Source: Octopus vulgaris
Lineage: Eukaryota
Assembly: GCA_951406725.2 (NCBI GenBank)
Contig: OX597814.1
Coordinates: forward strand, 127,410,001 to 127,474,000
Length of the DNA: 64,000 nucleotides
Direction: 5' to 3'
Shown: piece after piece, positions 26,860-38,905 of the stretch
How the letters are laid out: the number at the start of each line of letters is the position of its first letter
How positions within the stretch are numbered: position 1 is the first letter of the stretch
Notes under the pieces: model-generated
Database searches by the model: none
What the model was told of the DNA's origin: nothing
What the model saw: the letters and a program-made list of their open reading frames with translations, nothing else
Position numbers and translations under genes: made by a program

Positions 26860-27226
26860 CAATGTGTGATCTCATATGGCTTTTTAGCCCAGCCTTACTA
26901 AGACAAATCTTTCTACATTCATTATGTGTAAGATCATCACGTTCATTAATGCTCATTAGAACATAATTCCTGTCACCTTTTCTCATCTTTCTTTTGATGT
27001 TTGCCTATTCCATTCTCTTCCTTTCAAATTCAGTTCTGCCTTCATACACAACCTTTTTCAATTTTTCTCAGCAATATGTTAAATCTTCCCAGTTGTCAAT
27101 TGGAACATTTATCTTCAATCCCGACTTCAAACAATCTTTGTACTTCATCTTTGGTTTGTGGGATGGATGCTTACCTGTCACCAATTCTCTGTAAAAAAGT
27201 TGTCTAGGTATTCTGTTGTCTGTCAT
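26860..27226 (-). mobile_element. RTE-clade LINE C-terminal remnant, third family
   Basis: MTDNRIPRQLFYRELVTGKHPSHKPKMKYKDCLKSGLKINVPIDNWEDL..YEGRTEFERKR, then the zinc-finger-like CRKICLSKAGLKSHMRSH. Confidence 0.8.
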
Positions 27227-27617
27227 TCTTTTCTACTCTAGGCACAAGGCCCAAAACTTTGTGGGGTGGCAGTTAATTAGATCGATCCCAGTGCACAACT
27301 GGTATTTAATTTATCGACTGCAAAAGGATGAAAGGCAGAGTCAACCTAGGAAGAATTTGAACTCAGAATGTGAAGACGGATGAAATGCCACAAAGCATTT
27401 TGCCCAAGGTGAACAATATTAACAGGTGAGTGAAGGCATAGTGGTCAGGTGACCAGGAAGTGAGAAATCAGGTGACGAAGAATTACATTACACAAGACAG
27501 CCAGACATGTTCAGCTACTTCTTCCTCACTGGGCCAAGTTGACTTTCTGGTTTATGGTTTTCCAGCTGCTGACTTGGCTGTTGGAACTGTGTTGATGTCA
27601 GGAAGCTGTGCAACATT

Positions 27618-27676
27618 TGGTGTCAGAAATGGGATTTGAACCCACACTGGAAAAACCCAATTGCAAACTGAATGCA
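27618..27676 (-). pseudogene. 5'-truncated copy of mature tRNA-Leu(CAG) including the 3' CCA; alternatively an extended LTR primer-binding site
   Basis: Plus strand TGGTGTCAGAAATGGGATTTGAACCCAC..TTGCAAACTGAATGCA parallels the reverse complement of metazoan tRNA-Leu-CAG (TGG-TGTCAGAAGTGGGATTCGAACCCAC..CTGCGACCTGAACGCA). Confidence 0.7.
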
Positions 27677-27682
27677 TACATA

Positions 27683-27742
<60 letters not shown>

Positions 27743-27872
27743 TTCAGCAAAAATTTAGATTCAAATGAATATGGTACTTAATTTAGATGCACCAGAATTT
27801 TGTATGGTGTTATCCATAAAACTCCGTGGAGTGATTATAATCAAAATAAGCAACAAGAATGACTCCGGTAAT

Positions 27873-27958
27873 TTGGTATGATCGTTTCGTACTACATCCT
27901 TTTATTAAATGTTGTAAATATTACAACAGATTTAAGATGCTAAGTACTCATCAGCCAA
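27873..27958 (-). ncRNA. Mirror hammerhead in the left palindrome arm (stem III mutated to cgatca)
   Basis: Reverse complement ttggCTGATGAgtac..gtacGAAAcgatcaTAccaa. Confidence 0.7.
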
Positions 27959-28245
27959 TTATAGAGGTTTTCCATTAATACAAAAATTTTCAAATCAAAT
28001 GGCAACATTATAGAGAAGGTAGATATATAGACAAAGATGTGGATTTAAATTTTAAGAACATATGAGGTTGTGGAGTCCTTCCACTGACTGACTAAGAACA
28101 ACCAAATCTTAGTCAGTCAGTGGAAGGACTCCACAACCTCATATGTTCTTAAAATTTAAATCCACATCTTTGTCTATATATCTACCTTCTCTATAATGTT
28201 GCCATTTGATTTGAAAATTTTTGTATTAATGGAAAACCTCTATAA

Positions 28246-28331
28246 TTGGCTGATGAGTACTCAGCATCTTAAATCTGTTGTAATACTTACAACATTTAAT
28301 AAAATGATGTTGTACGAAACGATCGTACCAA
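28246..28331 (+). ncRNA. Type I hammerhead ribozyme, intact core, palindromic stem III (GUA site)
   Basis: ttgg(28246-49)-CTGATGA(28250-56)-gtac..gtac-GAAA(28316-19)-cgatcg-TA(28326-27)-ccaa; stem II extends through agcatc/gatgtt, ttaaat/atttaa and tgttgtaa/ttacaaca. Confidence 0.82.
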
Positions 28332-28364
28332 ATTACCGGAGTCATTCTTGTTGCTTATTTTGAT

Positions 28365-28761
<397 letters not shown>

Positions 28762-29563
28762 CACTTTATATAAAGTATGGATGTTTCATGAGACTGGCAC
28801 CCATCAATTGCACAAATATTTATATATTGTTCAAAAGATGTGCAATTGATGTCTGCCAACCTCATGAAACAGCTGTACTTTATATAAAGCATTAATACCA
28901 ACTAAATTTTTGTATGTTTCTCATATATCATCATCATCACTATCAACATCATTGTCGTCATCGTCATTTAGCATTTATTTTCCATGCTGGTATGGGTTGG
29001 ATGATTTGACAGGAGCTTGCAAGCCATAAGACTGTGCTAAGCTCCATTGTTAACTCTGGGATGGTTTCTATGGTTGAATGTTCTTCCTAATGCCAACCAC
29101 TTTACAGAGTAGATTGGGTACTTTTTACATGCTATGAGCACCACAGGTAAGGCGACCAAGTATCTTACAAGACAAAGAGCCCCTTGATTGGAAAGGGGAG
29201 TAGTACTGAGGGAGGTGGTTTTGTGCAAGTTGATGAGATGTTAAAACGTGAAATGGAGGGTTAGAGATAGATGTCTTGCTGTAGAGGAGATTATGTGGCT
29301 GTCCTTGTTGGAAAAGAGAAAGATATATGGGGAAATGGTGGTATAGATGTGTTGGGACATAGCCTCAAGGTACAGTAGGAGTGAATATAAGTGAAGTGGT
29401 AGAGAGGATTGGACTGGGTGAGTGGGCAAGGTGGATAGAGGGGAAAGTTTCATAAGACTGTAAGGAAAGATGGTTAGAGATGGGGAAGAGGTGACTGCAA
29501 TAAGTGATGGTGAAATATAGGAGTGTCTAGGTTGATGTTTATGGTAGATATGTTAGGGCATTG

Positions 29564-29589
<26 letters not shown>

Positions 29590-29613
<24 letters not shown>

Positions 29614-30034
29614 TCATCGTTTAACGTCCGTTTTCCATGCTAGCATGGGATGGACAGTTCGACCATGGTCTGGGAAGCCAGGAGGCTGCACCAGGCTCCA
29701 GTCTGATCTGGCAGTGTTTCTACAGCTGGATGCCCTTCCTAATGCCAACCACTCCGTGAGTGTAGTGGGTGCTTTTTACGTGCCACTGGCACAAGGGCCA
29801 GAGGAGGCTTGCAATGTCCACGATCGGTTGGTGCTTTTTACGTGCCATGAGCACAGAAGCCAGTCAAGGCGGCGCTGGCATCAGCCACATTCGGATGGTG
29901 CTTTTTATGTGCCACCGGTACAGGTATCACAACTACAGTTTCCATTTGATTTTTATTTTGATGTTGATGTACTTCACACAATAGGTCTCCTCAAGCACAG
30001 CAGGCTGCCCTATGATCCAAGGTAAGCACAGCAG

Positions 30035-30037
<3 letters not shown>
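29590..30037 (-). mobile_element. RTE 3'-UTR fragment (family A) in (TA)n
   Basis: Three modules plus an upstream stretch (gaggagacctattgtgtgaagt) resembling the RTE post-stop region 32545-32566. Confidence 0.85.
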
Positions 30038-30086
<49 letters not shown>

Positions 30087-30844
30087 TCTGACATAAAGTC
30101 ACACACTTCCACCTTCCCTTCCAAAATACTTTCTTTTAGTAGTGGAAGCCTTTTCTCTTTCCTTTTTCTCTGTTCTTTATATATCTTGCAAGCTACATGG
30201 CAAGCTCTAAAATAGCCGACATTCGGAAGAGCATCCAGCCATAGACACTATGCTAAAGTGACATTGGAGCTTGATGCAGCCTTACGGCTCGCTGATTCCT
30301 TGTCAAACTGTCCAAACCATGCCAGCATGTAAAGTGGATGTTAAATGATGATGATAACGATGATAATGATGATGATGATAATGATGATGATGGTGATGAT
30401 GATGATATATTTTTTTACCTTTTATCTTTAACTTGTTTCAGTCATTTGATTGTGGCCATGCTTGGGCCCTGCCTTGAAGGATCTTTTTAGTCAAACAAAT
30501 CAACACCAGAATTTTTCTTTTTAAAACGTTGTACTTATTCTATTGGTCTCTTTTGTGTCACAGACACAAAGACACACACACATATAGATATTTATCATCA
30601 TCATCATCATCATTTAACGTCCGTTTTCAATGCTAGCATGGGTTGGATGGTTTGAACGGGGTCTGGTAAGCCAGGGAGGCTGCACCAGGCTCTAGTCTGA
30701 TTTGGCAGTGTTTCTATAGCTAGATGCCCTTCCTAACGCCAATCACTCCGTGAGTGTAGTGGGTGTTTTTTACGTGCCACCGGCTTATGTATGTATGTAT
30801 GTATGTATGTATGTATGTATATACGTATGTATGTATGTATGATA

Positions 30845-30903
<59 letters not shown>

Positions 30904-30959
30904 CATATATGTACATACATACATACATACATACATACATACATACATAATATATACAT

Positions 30960-30992
<33 letters not shown>

Positions 30993-31072
30993 TCATACAT
31001 ATATATATATTCACACACATATACATACATAATAAATATATATAAAAATATAACAATATATATATATATGTT

Positions 31073-32469
31073 GGATCAGGTAATGAAGGTTACGGAGAGG
31101 GTCATAGCCCAATTAGAGAGAGAGTTAGTTTAGATGAGATGCAGTTTGGGTTTGTCCCAGGGAAAAGCACCACTGATGCTATATTCCTGGTAAGGCAGCT
31201 GCAGGAGAAATACCTAGCCAAGGATAAGCCCCTGTACCTGGCTTTCGTTGACATGGAGAAAGCCTTTGATAGGGTCCCCCGATCCCTCATCTGGTGGTCA
31301 ATGAGGAAACTAGGGATAGATGAATGGCTGGTGAGGGCTGTGCAAGCCATGTACAGAGATGCCGTAAGTAAGGTTAGAGTTGGCAACATGTACACAGAAG
31401 AATTCAAAGTAGAGGTTGGGGTCCACCAGGGTTCAGTACTCAGCCCCCTCCTATTTATCATAGTCCTCCAGGCAATAACGGAGGAATTCAAGACAGGTTG
31501 CCCCTGGGAGCTCCTCTATGCTGACGACCTCGCTCTAATCGCTGAGTCACTATCAGAACTGGAGGAGAAGTTCCAGGTGTGGAAGGAGGGTTTAGAATCG
31601 AGGGGCCTTAGAGTCAACCTAGCTAAAACCAAAGTACTAATAAGTAGAAAGGTAGAAAACCCACAAATATCATCAGGAAGATGGCCCTGCTCGATCTGTA
31701 GAAAAGGTGTAGGTAGAAACTCTATAAGATGTACCCAGTGTAAGCTATGGACACATAAGAGGTGCAGCAATGTCAAAGGTAGGCTAACCGGGAAGATAGT
31801 TTTTGTATGTGGCAGGTGCTCTGGAGCATTGACCTCCGAAAATCTGCAGAAAACAACTTCTGTCACTTTCCGGGGGAAAAACTAGAAGTAGTTGATAGTT
31901 TCCGCTATCTAGGTGACCAAGTCAGTAGTGGGGGTGGGTGCGCTGAAAGTGTAACTGCTAGAATAAGAATAGCCTGGGCAAAGTTTAGGGAGCTCTTACC
32001 TCTGCTGGTGACTAAAGGCCTCTCGCTCAGAGTAAAAGGCAGACTGTATGATGCATGTGTACGAACAGCTATGCTACATGGCAGTGAAACATGGGCCGTG
32101 ACTGCTGAGGACATGCGTAAGCTCGTGAGGAACGAAGCCAGTATGCTCCGATGGATGTGTAATGTAAGTGTACTTACTCGACAGAGTGTTAGTACCTTGA
32201 GAGAAATGTTGTACCTAAGAAGCATCAGTTGTTGTGTGCAAGAGAGACGATTGCGCTGGTATGGTCATGTGGCGAGAATGGATGAAGATAGGTGTGTGAG
32301 AAAGTGCCAATCCCTAGCAGTTGAGGGAACCCGTGGAAGAGGTAGACCCAGGAAAACCTGGGACGAGGTGGTGAAGCACGACCTTCGGACGTTAGGTCTC
32401 ACCATGGAAATGACTAGAGACCGAGACCTATGGAAGTATGCTGTGCGTGAGAAGACCCGGCAAGACTAG
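31073..32469 (+). pseudogene. RTE reverse transcriptase ORF, 5'-truncated, one frameshift near 31872-31880
   Basis: QFGFVPGKSTTDAIF, AFVDMEKAFDRVP, GVHQGSVLSPLLF, LLYADDL, Cys-rich insert CSIC..CTQCKLWTHKRC..CGRC, FRYLG, LRWYGHVARM, RGRGRPRKTW. Confidence 0.95.
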
Positions 32470-32645
32470 TGAAGCCATAATCCGTGGCCCCTACCTGGGA
32501 CGTAGTCAGTCCACCTGTGCATACCTTCCTTCTTGTGACACTTGTGAAGACCTGTTGAGGCAAGTGAGAATCGAATCGTATCAAATCAAATCGAACCAAA
32601 TCAAAATAGATGAACATCAATGGAATTTGTATCCTTGTGGTACCA

Positions 32646-33115
32646 GTGCCGGGGGCACATAAGAAAACCATCCGAACGTGACCGTAGCCAGTACCGCAAT
32701 GACTGGCCTCCGTGCTGAGGGCACGTAACAAACACCATCCGAGCGTGGCCGTCCGCCAGCCTCGTCTGGCACCTGTGTCGGTGACACATAAGAAAACACC
32801 ATCCGAGCGTGGCCGTCTGCTAGCCTCGTCTGGCACCTGTGTCGGTGGCACATAAAAAACACCATCCGAGCGTGGCCGTCTGCCAGCCTCATCTGGCACC
32901 TGTGTCGGTGGCACATAAAAAACACCATCCGAGCGTGGCCGTCTGCCAGCCTCGTCTGGCACCTGTGTCGGTGGCACATAAAAAACACCATCCGAGCGTG
33001 GCCGTCTGCCAGCCTCGTCTGGCACCTGTGTCGGTGGCACATAAAAAACACCATCCGAGCGTGGCCGTCTGCCAGCCTCGTCTGGCACCTGTGTCGGTGG
33101 CACATAAAATCACCC
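32646..33115 (+). repeat. 63-bp tandem array (~7.5 units) in the RTE 3' UTR
   Basis: Unit ggcacataaaaaacaccatccgagcgtggccgtctgccagcctcgtctggcacctgtgtcggt starting at 32847, 32910, 32973 and 33036 (partial at 33099), with more diverged units upstream. Confidence 0.97.
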
Positions 33116-33453
33116 ACTACACTCTCGGAGTGGTTGGCGTTAGGAAGGGCATCCAGCTGTAGAAACACTGCCACATCTGACTTGCCTGGTGCAGCCTTCG
33201 GGCTTCCCAGACCCCTGTTGAACCGTCCAACCCATGCTAGCATGGAAAGCGGACGTTAAACGATGATGATGATGATGATGATGATATGCATGATGGGCTT
33301 CTTTCAGTTTCTGTCTACCAAATCCATTCACAAATCTTTGGTCAGCCTGAGGCTATAGTAGAAGACTCTTATCTGAACCCAGAACTATGTGGTTAGGAAA
33401 GAAGTTTCTCACCACAGAGCCATGTCTATTCACACACACACACGCAAACATAC

Positions 33454-33510
<57 letters not shown>

Positions 33511-33841
33511 CACATACACACACCCATATGTATATATATATTTATTTATGCATATAATATACTAAATCTACTCAAAGCTGAAATGATTGATCTCACAAAT
33601 TGTCAAATGTGTGTGTGTGCATGTATATATATCTATATATATAAAGAGAGAGAGAGAGAGAGATTATATATCAGGACATGTGTCCCTGAATTATTACCAG
33701 CACTACTGCACTACCAACCACCATGAACACAATCATCACCAACAACAGCATCAGCAACATCTTCATCACACTTAAACATGTATAACACATACATACATAC
33801 ATACATACATACATACATACATACATACAAACATACATACA

Positions 33842-33875
<34 letters not shown>

Positions 33876-33909
33876 CATACATATATATACACACACACAC
33901 ACACACATA

Positions 33910-33961
<52 letters not shown>

Positions 33962-34024
33962 ATATATACATACATACATACATACATACATACATACAAA
34001 CATACATACATAATATATACATAC

Positions 34025-34074
<50 letters not shown>

Positions 34075-34242
34075 TCATACATATATATATATATTCACAC
34101 ACATATACATACATAATAAATATATATAAAAATATAAAAATATATTGATGTTAATTGCTCATATATATATATATATATATATGAGATACACACACACACA
34201 CACTCATATGCCTTCTTGTATTACAACAGACTAAATCTTCAA

Positions 34243-34680
34243 TCATCATCATCATCATCATCATCATTTAGCGTCCGCTTTCCATGCTAGCATGGGTTGG
34301 ACGGTTCAACTGGGGTCTGTGAAGCCAGAAGGCTGCATCAGGCCCAGTCTGATCTGGCAGTGTTTCTATGGCTGGATGCCCTTCCTAACGCCAACTACTC
34401 CATGAGTGTAGTGGGTGTTTTTACGTGCCACCTGCACAGGTTCCAGACGGGGCTGGCAAACGGCCACGGACGGATGGTGCTTTTTACGTGCCACCGGAAC
34501 GGGGGCCAGGCGAGGCTGGCAACGGCCACGAACGGATGGTGCTTTTTACGTGCCACCGGCACGGGGGCCAGTCGGGGCGGCGCTGGCAACGGCCACGATC
34601 AGATGGTTCGCTTACTTGTCACTGGCACTGGTATTACAGCTGCAATTTCCATTGCTGTTGATTGACTTCAATTTTGGTTC
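34243..34680 (-). mobile_element. RTE 3'-UTR fragment (family A), CpG-rich, 3-4 modules
   Basis: (CAT)n then gcgtccgctttccatgctagc.. and repeated ggtgctttttacgtgccacc. Confidence 0.88.
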
Positions 34681-36341
34681 TGCTTTCTGATATCTACTGG
34701 AAATGGGTTCGGGCCAGTTGCAGTCAGTTCTCTTGGTGCAACAGGAGTATAAACTGTACCATCTTGTTAGACAACCAACCAATTGAATGTGCTTCATCTC
34801 TTATATAATTTACTATGTCAAGCTAGATCAACCAACTTTGGCTTCATATATCTAACACAAGTTGTTATAATGTGGTTCTTCATTGCTATTCCTTTCCTAA
34901 AGGAATAATCTGTCACATTAATTGATGTGACATGCTATTTATCCCTAAATTATAATTATAATTATAATTATAATATTGACATGGGCTACTGAAAGCAAAA
35001 CTTCCCCAGTTGAATACCACATCTGAGTGGGAATAAAATGAACAGATTTTGTTAAAATCTAATATAAAAAAAAAAGAAAAATAATCAGCAAAAGACGTGC
35101 TCTAGTTTTGGTTTATGGCTTTTTAGATAATGAAGGGAATGTAGCAATGATGTGTTCCATGCCACTATCGAAAGAGTAAATGGGAAATAATCAAATAATA
35201 ACTTATCTTTGAATTATTAAATACTATTTACTATGATAATGTCAAAGTTTAAGTAATCATATTAACAATTATAATTTTCTGTCTGTATGGAAAAACACAC
35301 GTTTGGGATCTTAATTATGGTCCTCTACACTGTTGAAAGAGCTTAATCTTCTAATTTAGGCTTCTTGATAATACATGCCTAAAAAATTTGTCATGAAGAA
35401 GTAAAAGAGAATGATTTGTTTTCTCATTGCTAATTGTTCAGTTGGTTAGCACTCGGCTAACTTGGTTTGTATTTCTCAGTAAATTATTGATTTCAATTAT
35501 AGTCTTTTGCATTCCTTGTCTGTCTTTGTGCAGACTGAATATCTTACACATTTCATTTCATATGTATTTTTATTCTGTTGACTAAAATAGCAGAAAGAAG
35601 AATCTACAAAAACTTTAATTTACCACAGATTAAAGAGAATGAATGAAAAAAAGAAAAAAAAAAAGATATATATAAATATATATTGAACATCTGCCATGAC
35701 ATGTCCGTATTTTTTGTTGTGGATCTTTTTTAGCTGGATTTTTATGTGGATTCTGAAATAATTATGTCACAAAATGTTGTTAGCTCAGAATAATCAGTGG
35801 GACACTTGCTAACAGACAGATGACTAATTATAGTCTTCACTTCATTTTGTTAATATATTGTGTTGAAGTGTACAGGTAATTATATCCATGTTGTCAAGCA
35901 AGCAACATTCTTCCTATCTATGCTCAACTATGCTTCGTTGATCACGTCAGCTTGCTTTGTGCTGCTGAAAAATTAGATCCATGCTCTTACGCTGTGTCAA
36001 CAGACTTTCATTGTTTGTCTTTTGCTGAGGCGATTACCTGCAATTGTTGCAAAGAAGCAGTAATGGCAGTGTGAATAATATCAGATAAAAGGAGTGGGAG
36101 CGTTTCGGAAATAGCAGCCGACTATTTCACAAGAATTGTTAAATCTTGAAAACATATGAATGTCGGGAAAATTTTTACTTGCTTCTGTATTAGTCTTTCC
36201 TAAATGACCATCTCCCTTTATTTTACTGTCGTCAATCAAAATTACTTAATTTATTTAAAAACATTTATTTCTTCTTGTAATATAAAGCATCTCACAGAGC
36301 TAAAGATATCCATCATGAAGAATTCTTTCCCAACGATTATA

Positions 36342-36372
<31 letters not shown>

Positions 36373-36565
36373 TGTTGTAGTAGTAGTAGTAGTAGTAGTA
36401 GTAGTTGCAGTTTATTCCTTCTGATATTTATTTGTGAGGTTCTTTTGTCTTTAATCATACACCATTTCCATAGATTTATCTGCTGCCATATATTTGCATA
36501 TTGTCTTCTTTGGAACTGGTGACACTGGTTCAGTTGTTAAAAACACACAGCGTGTGTGTGTGTTT

Positions 36566-36660
<95 letters not shown>

Positions 36661-36837
36661 GTAGAAGAAGAAGAAGAAGATAAGAGGCAGAGAGGCAGAA
36701 GTCCTCCTGCTACTATTGTATCAGTAAAGCAAATGACATTATTCAATTCAATTTGACTGCAATTTTTTAAATGTTCAGCCTTTTAAATGGCTATTGTTGT
36801 AATTGTTGTTGTTGCTGCTGCTACTGTTTTTGTTGTT

Positions 36838-36870
<33 letters not shown>

Positions 36871-38606
36871 ACTGTTTCTGCTGCTGCTGTTGTTGATTAA
36901 TCAATACACTAGTCTGTAATGGTACTCTGTTGCATATGTGTATATGAGTGTGTGTGTGCATGTGTGTGTTAGCCTGTGTGTATGTGTATGTATTTGTACA
37001 TGTGTGTCTAGAATACTAGAAGTACATCTTCGTTTTTACATTAGATCTTACATGGCTTATATTTTCATTTTTGTTCCATTTTCATTCTTTCCTACTTTTT
37101 TCTTTCTTTCTTTCTTTTTCTCTTTCTCTGTTCTTTCTCTCCCCCTCTCTCTCATGTCCTCTCATTTTCTTTCTCTATTCTATGCTCTTTCTCCTTCATC
37201 ACTTCTTTTAATCTTAGCTCCCCCACTTCTATTAACCCTTTAATATCAATATTTGTTTTATCTTCTTTTTCATATAGATATACGGTCACAATTTCATAGA
37301 ACTCAAAAATCAACTAATTTAACATTTTGGTTAAATAAACAAGCAAAGGGTAATGTTCTGTGATGTTCTATAGATTTCCATTGTAGTCTGCAAGTATTTC
37401 TGTTCTGTTTCAACAACCAGGTTTGTTTTAATAAAGTCAATTAGAAACGACAAGCTTGCTTGCACTACCAAAGCTATCATGGATTGAAATGAGGTTTTCA
37501 CATTTGACACAAATCAAAAGCTGTGAACATTTGTGTCAAGAGAGAAGACAGTTGCTGCTGCTATTGATTTTTCTTAGCAAAATCCTTTCTCTTGCTTCAC
37601 CATTAATACTTAGAATGAAGATTTCAATAGCTCGCCATTCCTTACTTCGACAACAGGCACAACTACAGCAATTGCCGGTGACATTATGGGAGATATAATA
37701 AAAAGAAAATGGTGAATTTTCTCCTTCTACACTAGCATACATGTATATACGCAGGCAGACAAATATATATTGATATCTCTATAGATTTATACACGTTCAT
37801 CTGTGTGTGTGTGTGTGTGTGTGCATGCAAAACATATACGCATTAATAATGAAGTAGACACAGAAATATAGATATGTGCAACTCAACACAGACACACAGA
37901 CACAAAGACATATTAATTCACAGAAATGGACATAAATAAAAGAAGTATTGTAATGATGCTATATACATGTGTTAAATACCAATAAAACATAGTGAAAGAG
38001 AGATGCTCACAACACTTAGGCAACACATTTACAGATCAACACACACACATGCAGAAGCACTAACACACATACATACAGAAGCACTGGCATGCCCACACAC
38101 CCACACACAGAAGCATCCACACACACACACACACTTAAACATCCACATGCAGGCGCAATAAAATAATGCATTCATAGCAACATTATTTTACCATTTAGTG
38201 GGGGAGAGAAGGGCAACATCCACCCATAACCCTTTATTTTTTTCAGGGTTTCTAAAACTGGTAGCAGGAAGGGAAGAAGCTAACCTCACACTGAAGACCT
38301 GGTGGTACAGAAAGAAAATATAAGTCTAGTGGAAATGGCTGGAAACTCTGAATGAGGAAGGGAGACAATTTCAAAAATTAAGAATAAATCATGGTTGAAT
38401 TGACATGGGAAAAAGCAAAACCAAAAGGACAATCTGATCTTTGTTTCAAAGCTAAGAGACACTTATGAGCACATTTGGTTTTGGTTTAGTTTCTTCGGTA
38501 TAGCATTGTTTTTATTCTCCTTAGAGTGGTTTTACACAATTTAACATACAAAAAAAGAGCTTTGTAGATTTTCGGTCAAAAGTAATCTGCATAATTATAA
38601 TAAATA

Positions 38607-38905
38607 TTATGGAGATGTACTTGCATAGCAAGTGACCTGATCTGAGGTCGTGTGCTGGAACGAAAACAATTGCAGCATGGAAGATGTTTATAAGCCATTT
38701 AAGAAACACCGTTAGATTCACTTCAACATTTAAATTTAATTTGTCAAAATAATTTCGTTGCTTTGGGACCACGACCTATTCATTGACAAAATTCCGTGCA
38801 GCACGAAAATATTTTGACAAATTAAATTTAAATGTTGAAGTGAATCTAACGATTTTTGTGTGTTTCTTAAATGGCTTATAAACACCTTCCATGCTGCAAT
38901 TGTTT
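38607..38905. mobile_element. Fold-back element with asymmetric tail and putative 12-bp TSD
   Basis: Arms 38664-38758 / 38803-38905; ttataataaata at 38595-38606 and 38904-38915. Confidence 0.72.

Larger units (their letters stand above)
27741..28368. mobile_element. Near-perfect 533-bp palindrome plus 95-bp tail between (TA)n tracts, with a hammerhead in each arm (inverted Penelope pLTR-like)
   Basis: 262-bp arms 27836-28097 / 28107-28368, 9-nt spacer, about 5 mismatches and no indels by eye. Confidence 0.88.
31070..33283 (+). mobile_element. Young 5'-truncated RTE-clade LINE with complete 3' UTR and (GAT)n tail
   Basis: RT ORF to stop at 32469, continuous UTR with an (AATCG/AATCA)n stretch and 63-bp array, tail at ~33262-33283. 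Confidence 0.93.

Noticed and set aside
32414-33243. 21-aa repeat ORFs and a CRISPR-like appearance
   Set aside because: 63-bp tandem units with near-identical 'spacers' in a LINE UTR; eukaryotic context and no cas genes
37504-37539. Hairpin as a pre-miRNA
   Set aside because: The stem is only 11 bp and I recognise no mature miRNA sequence
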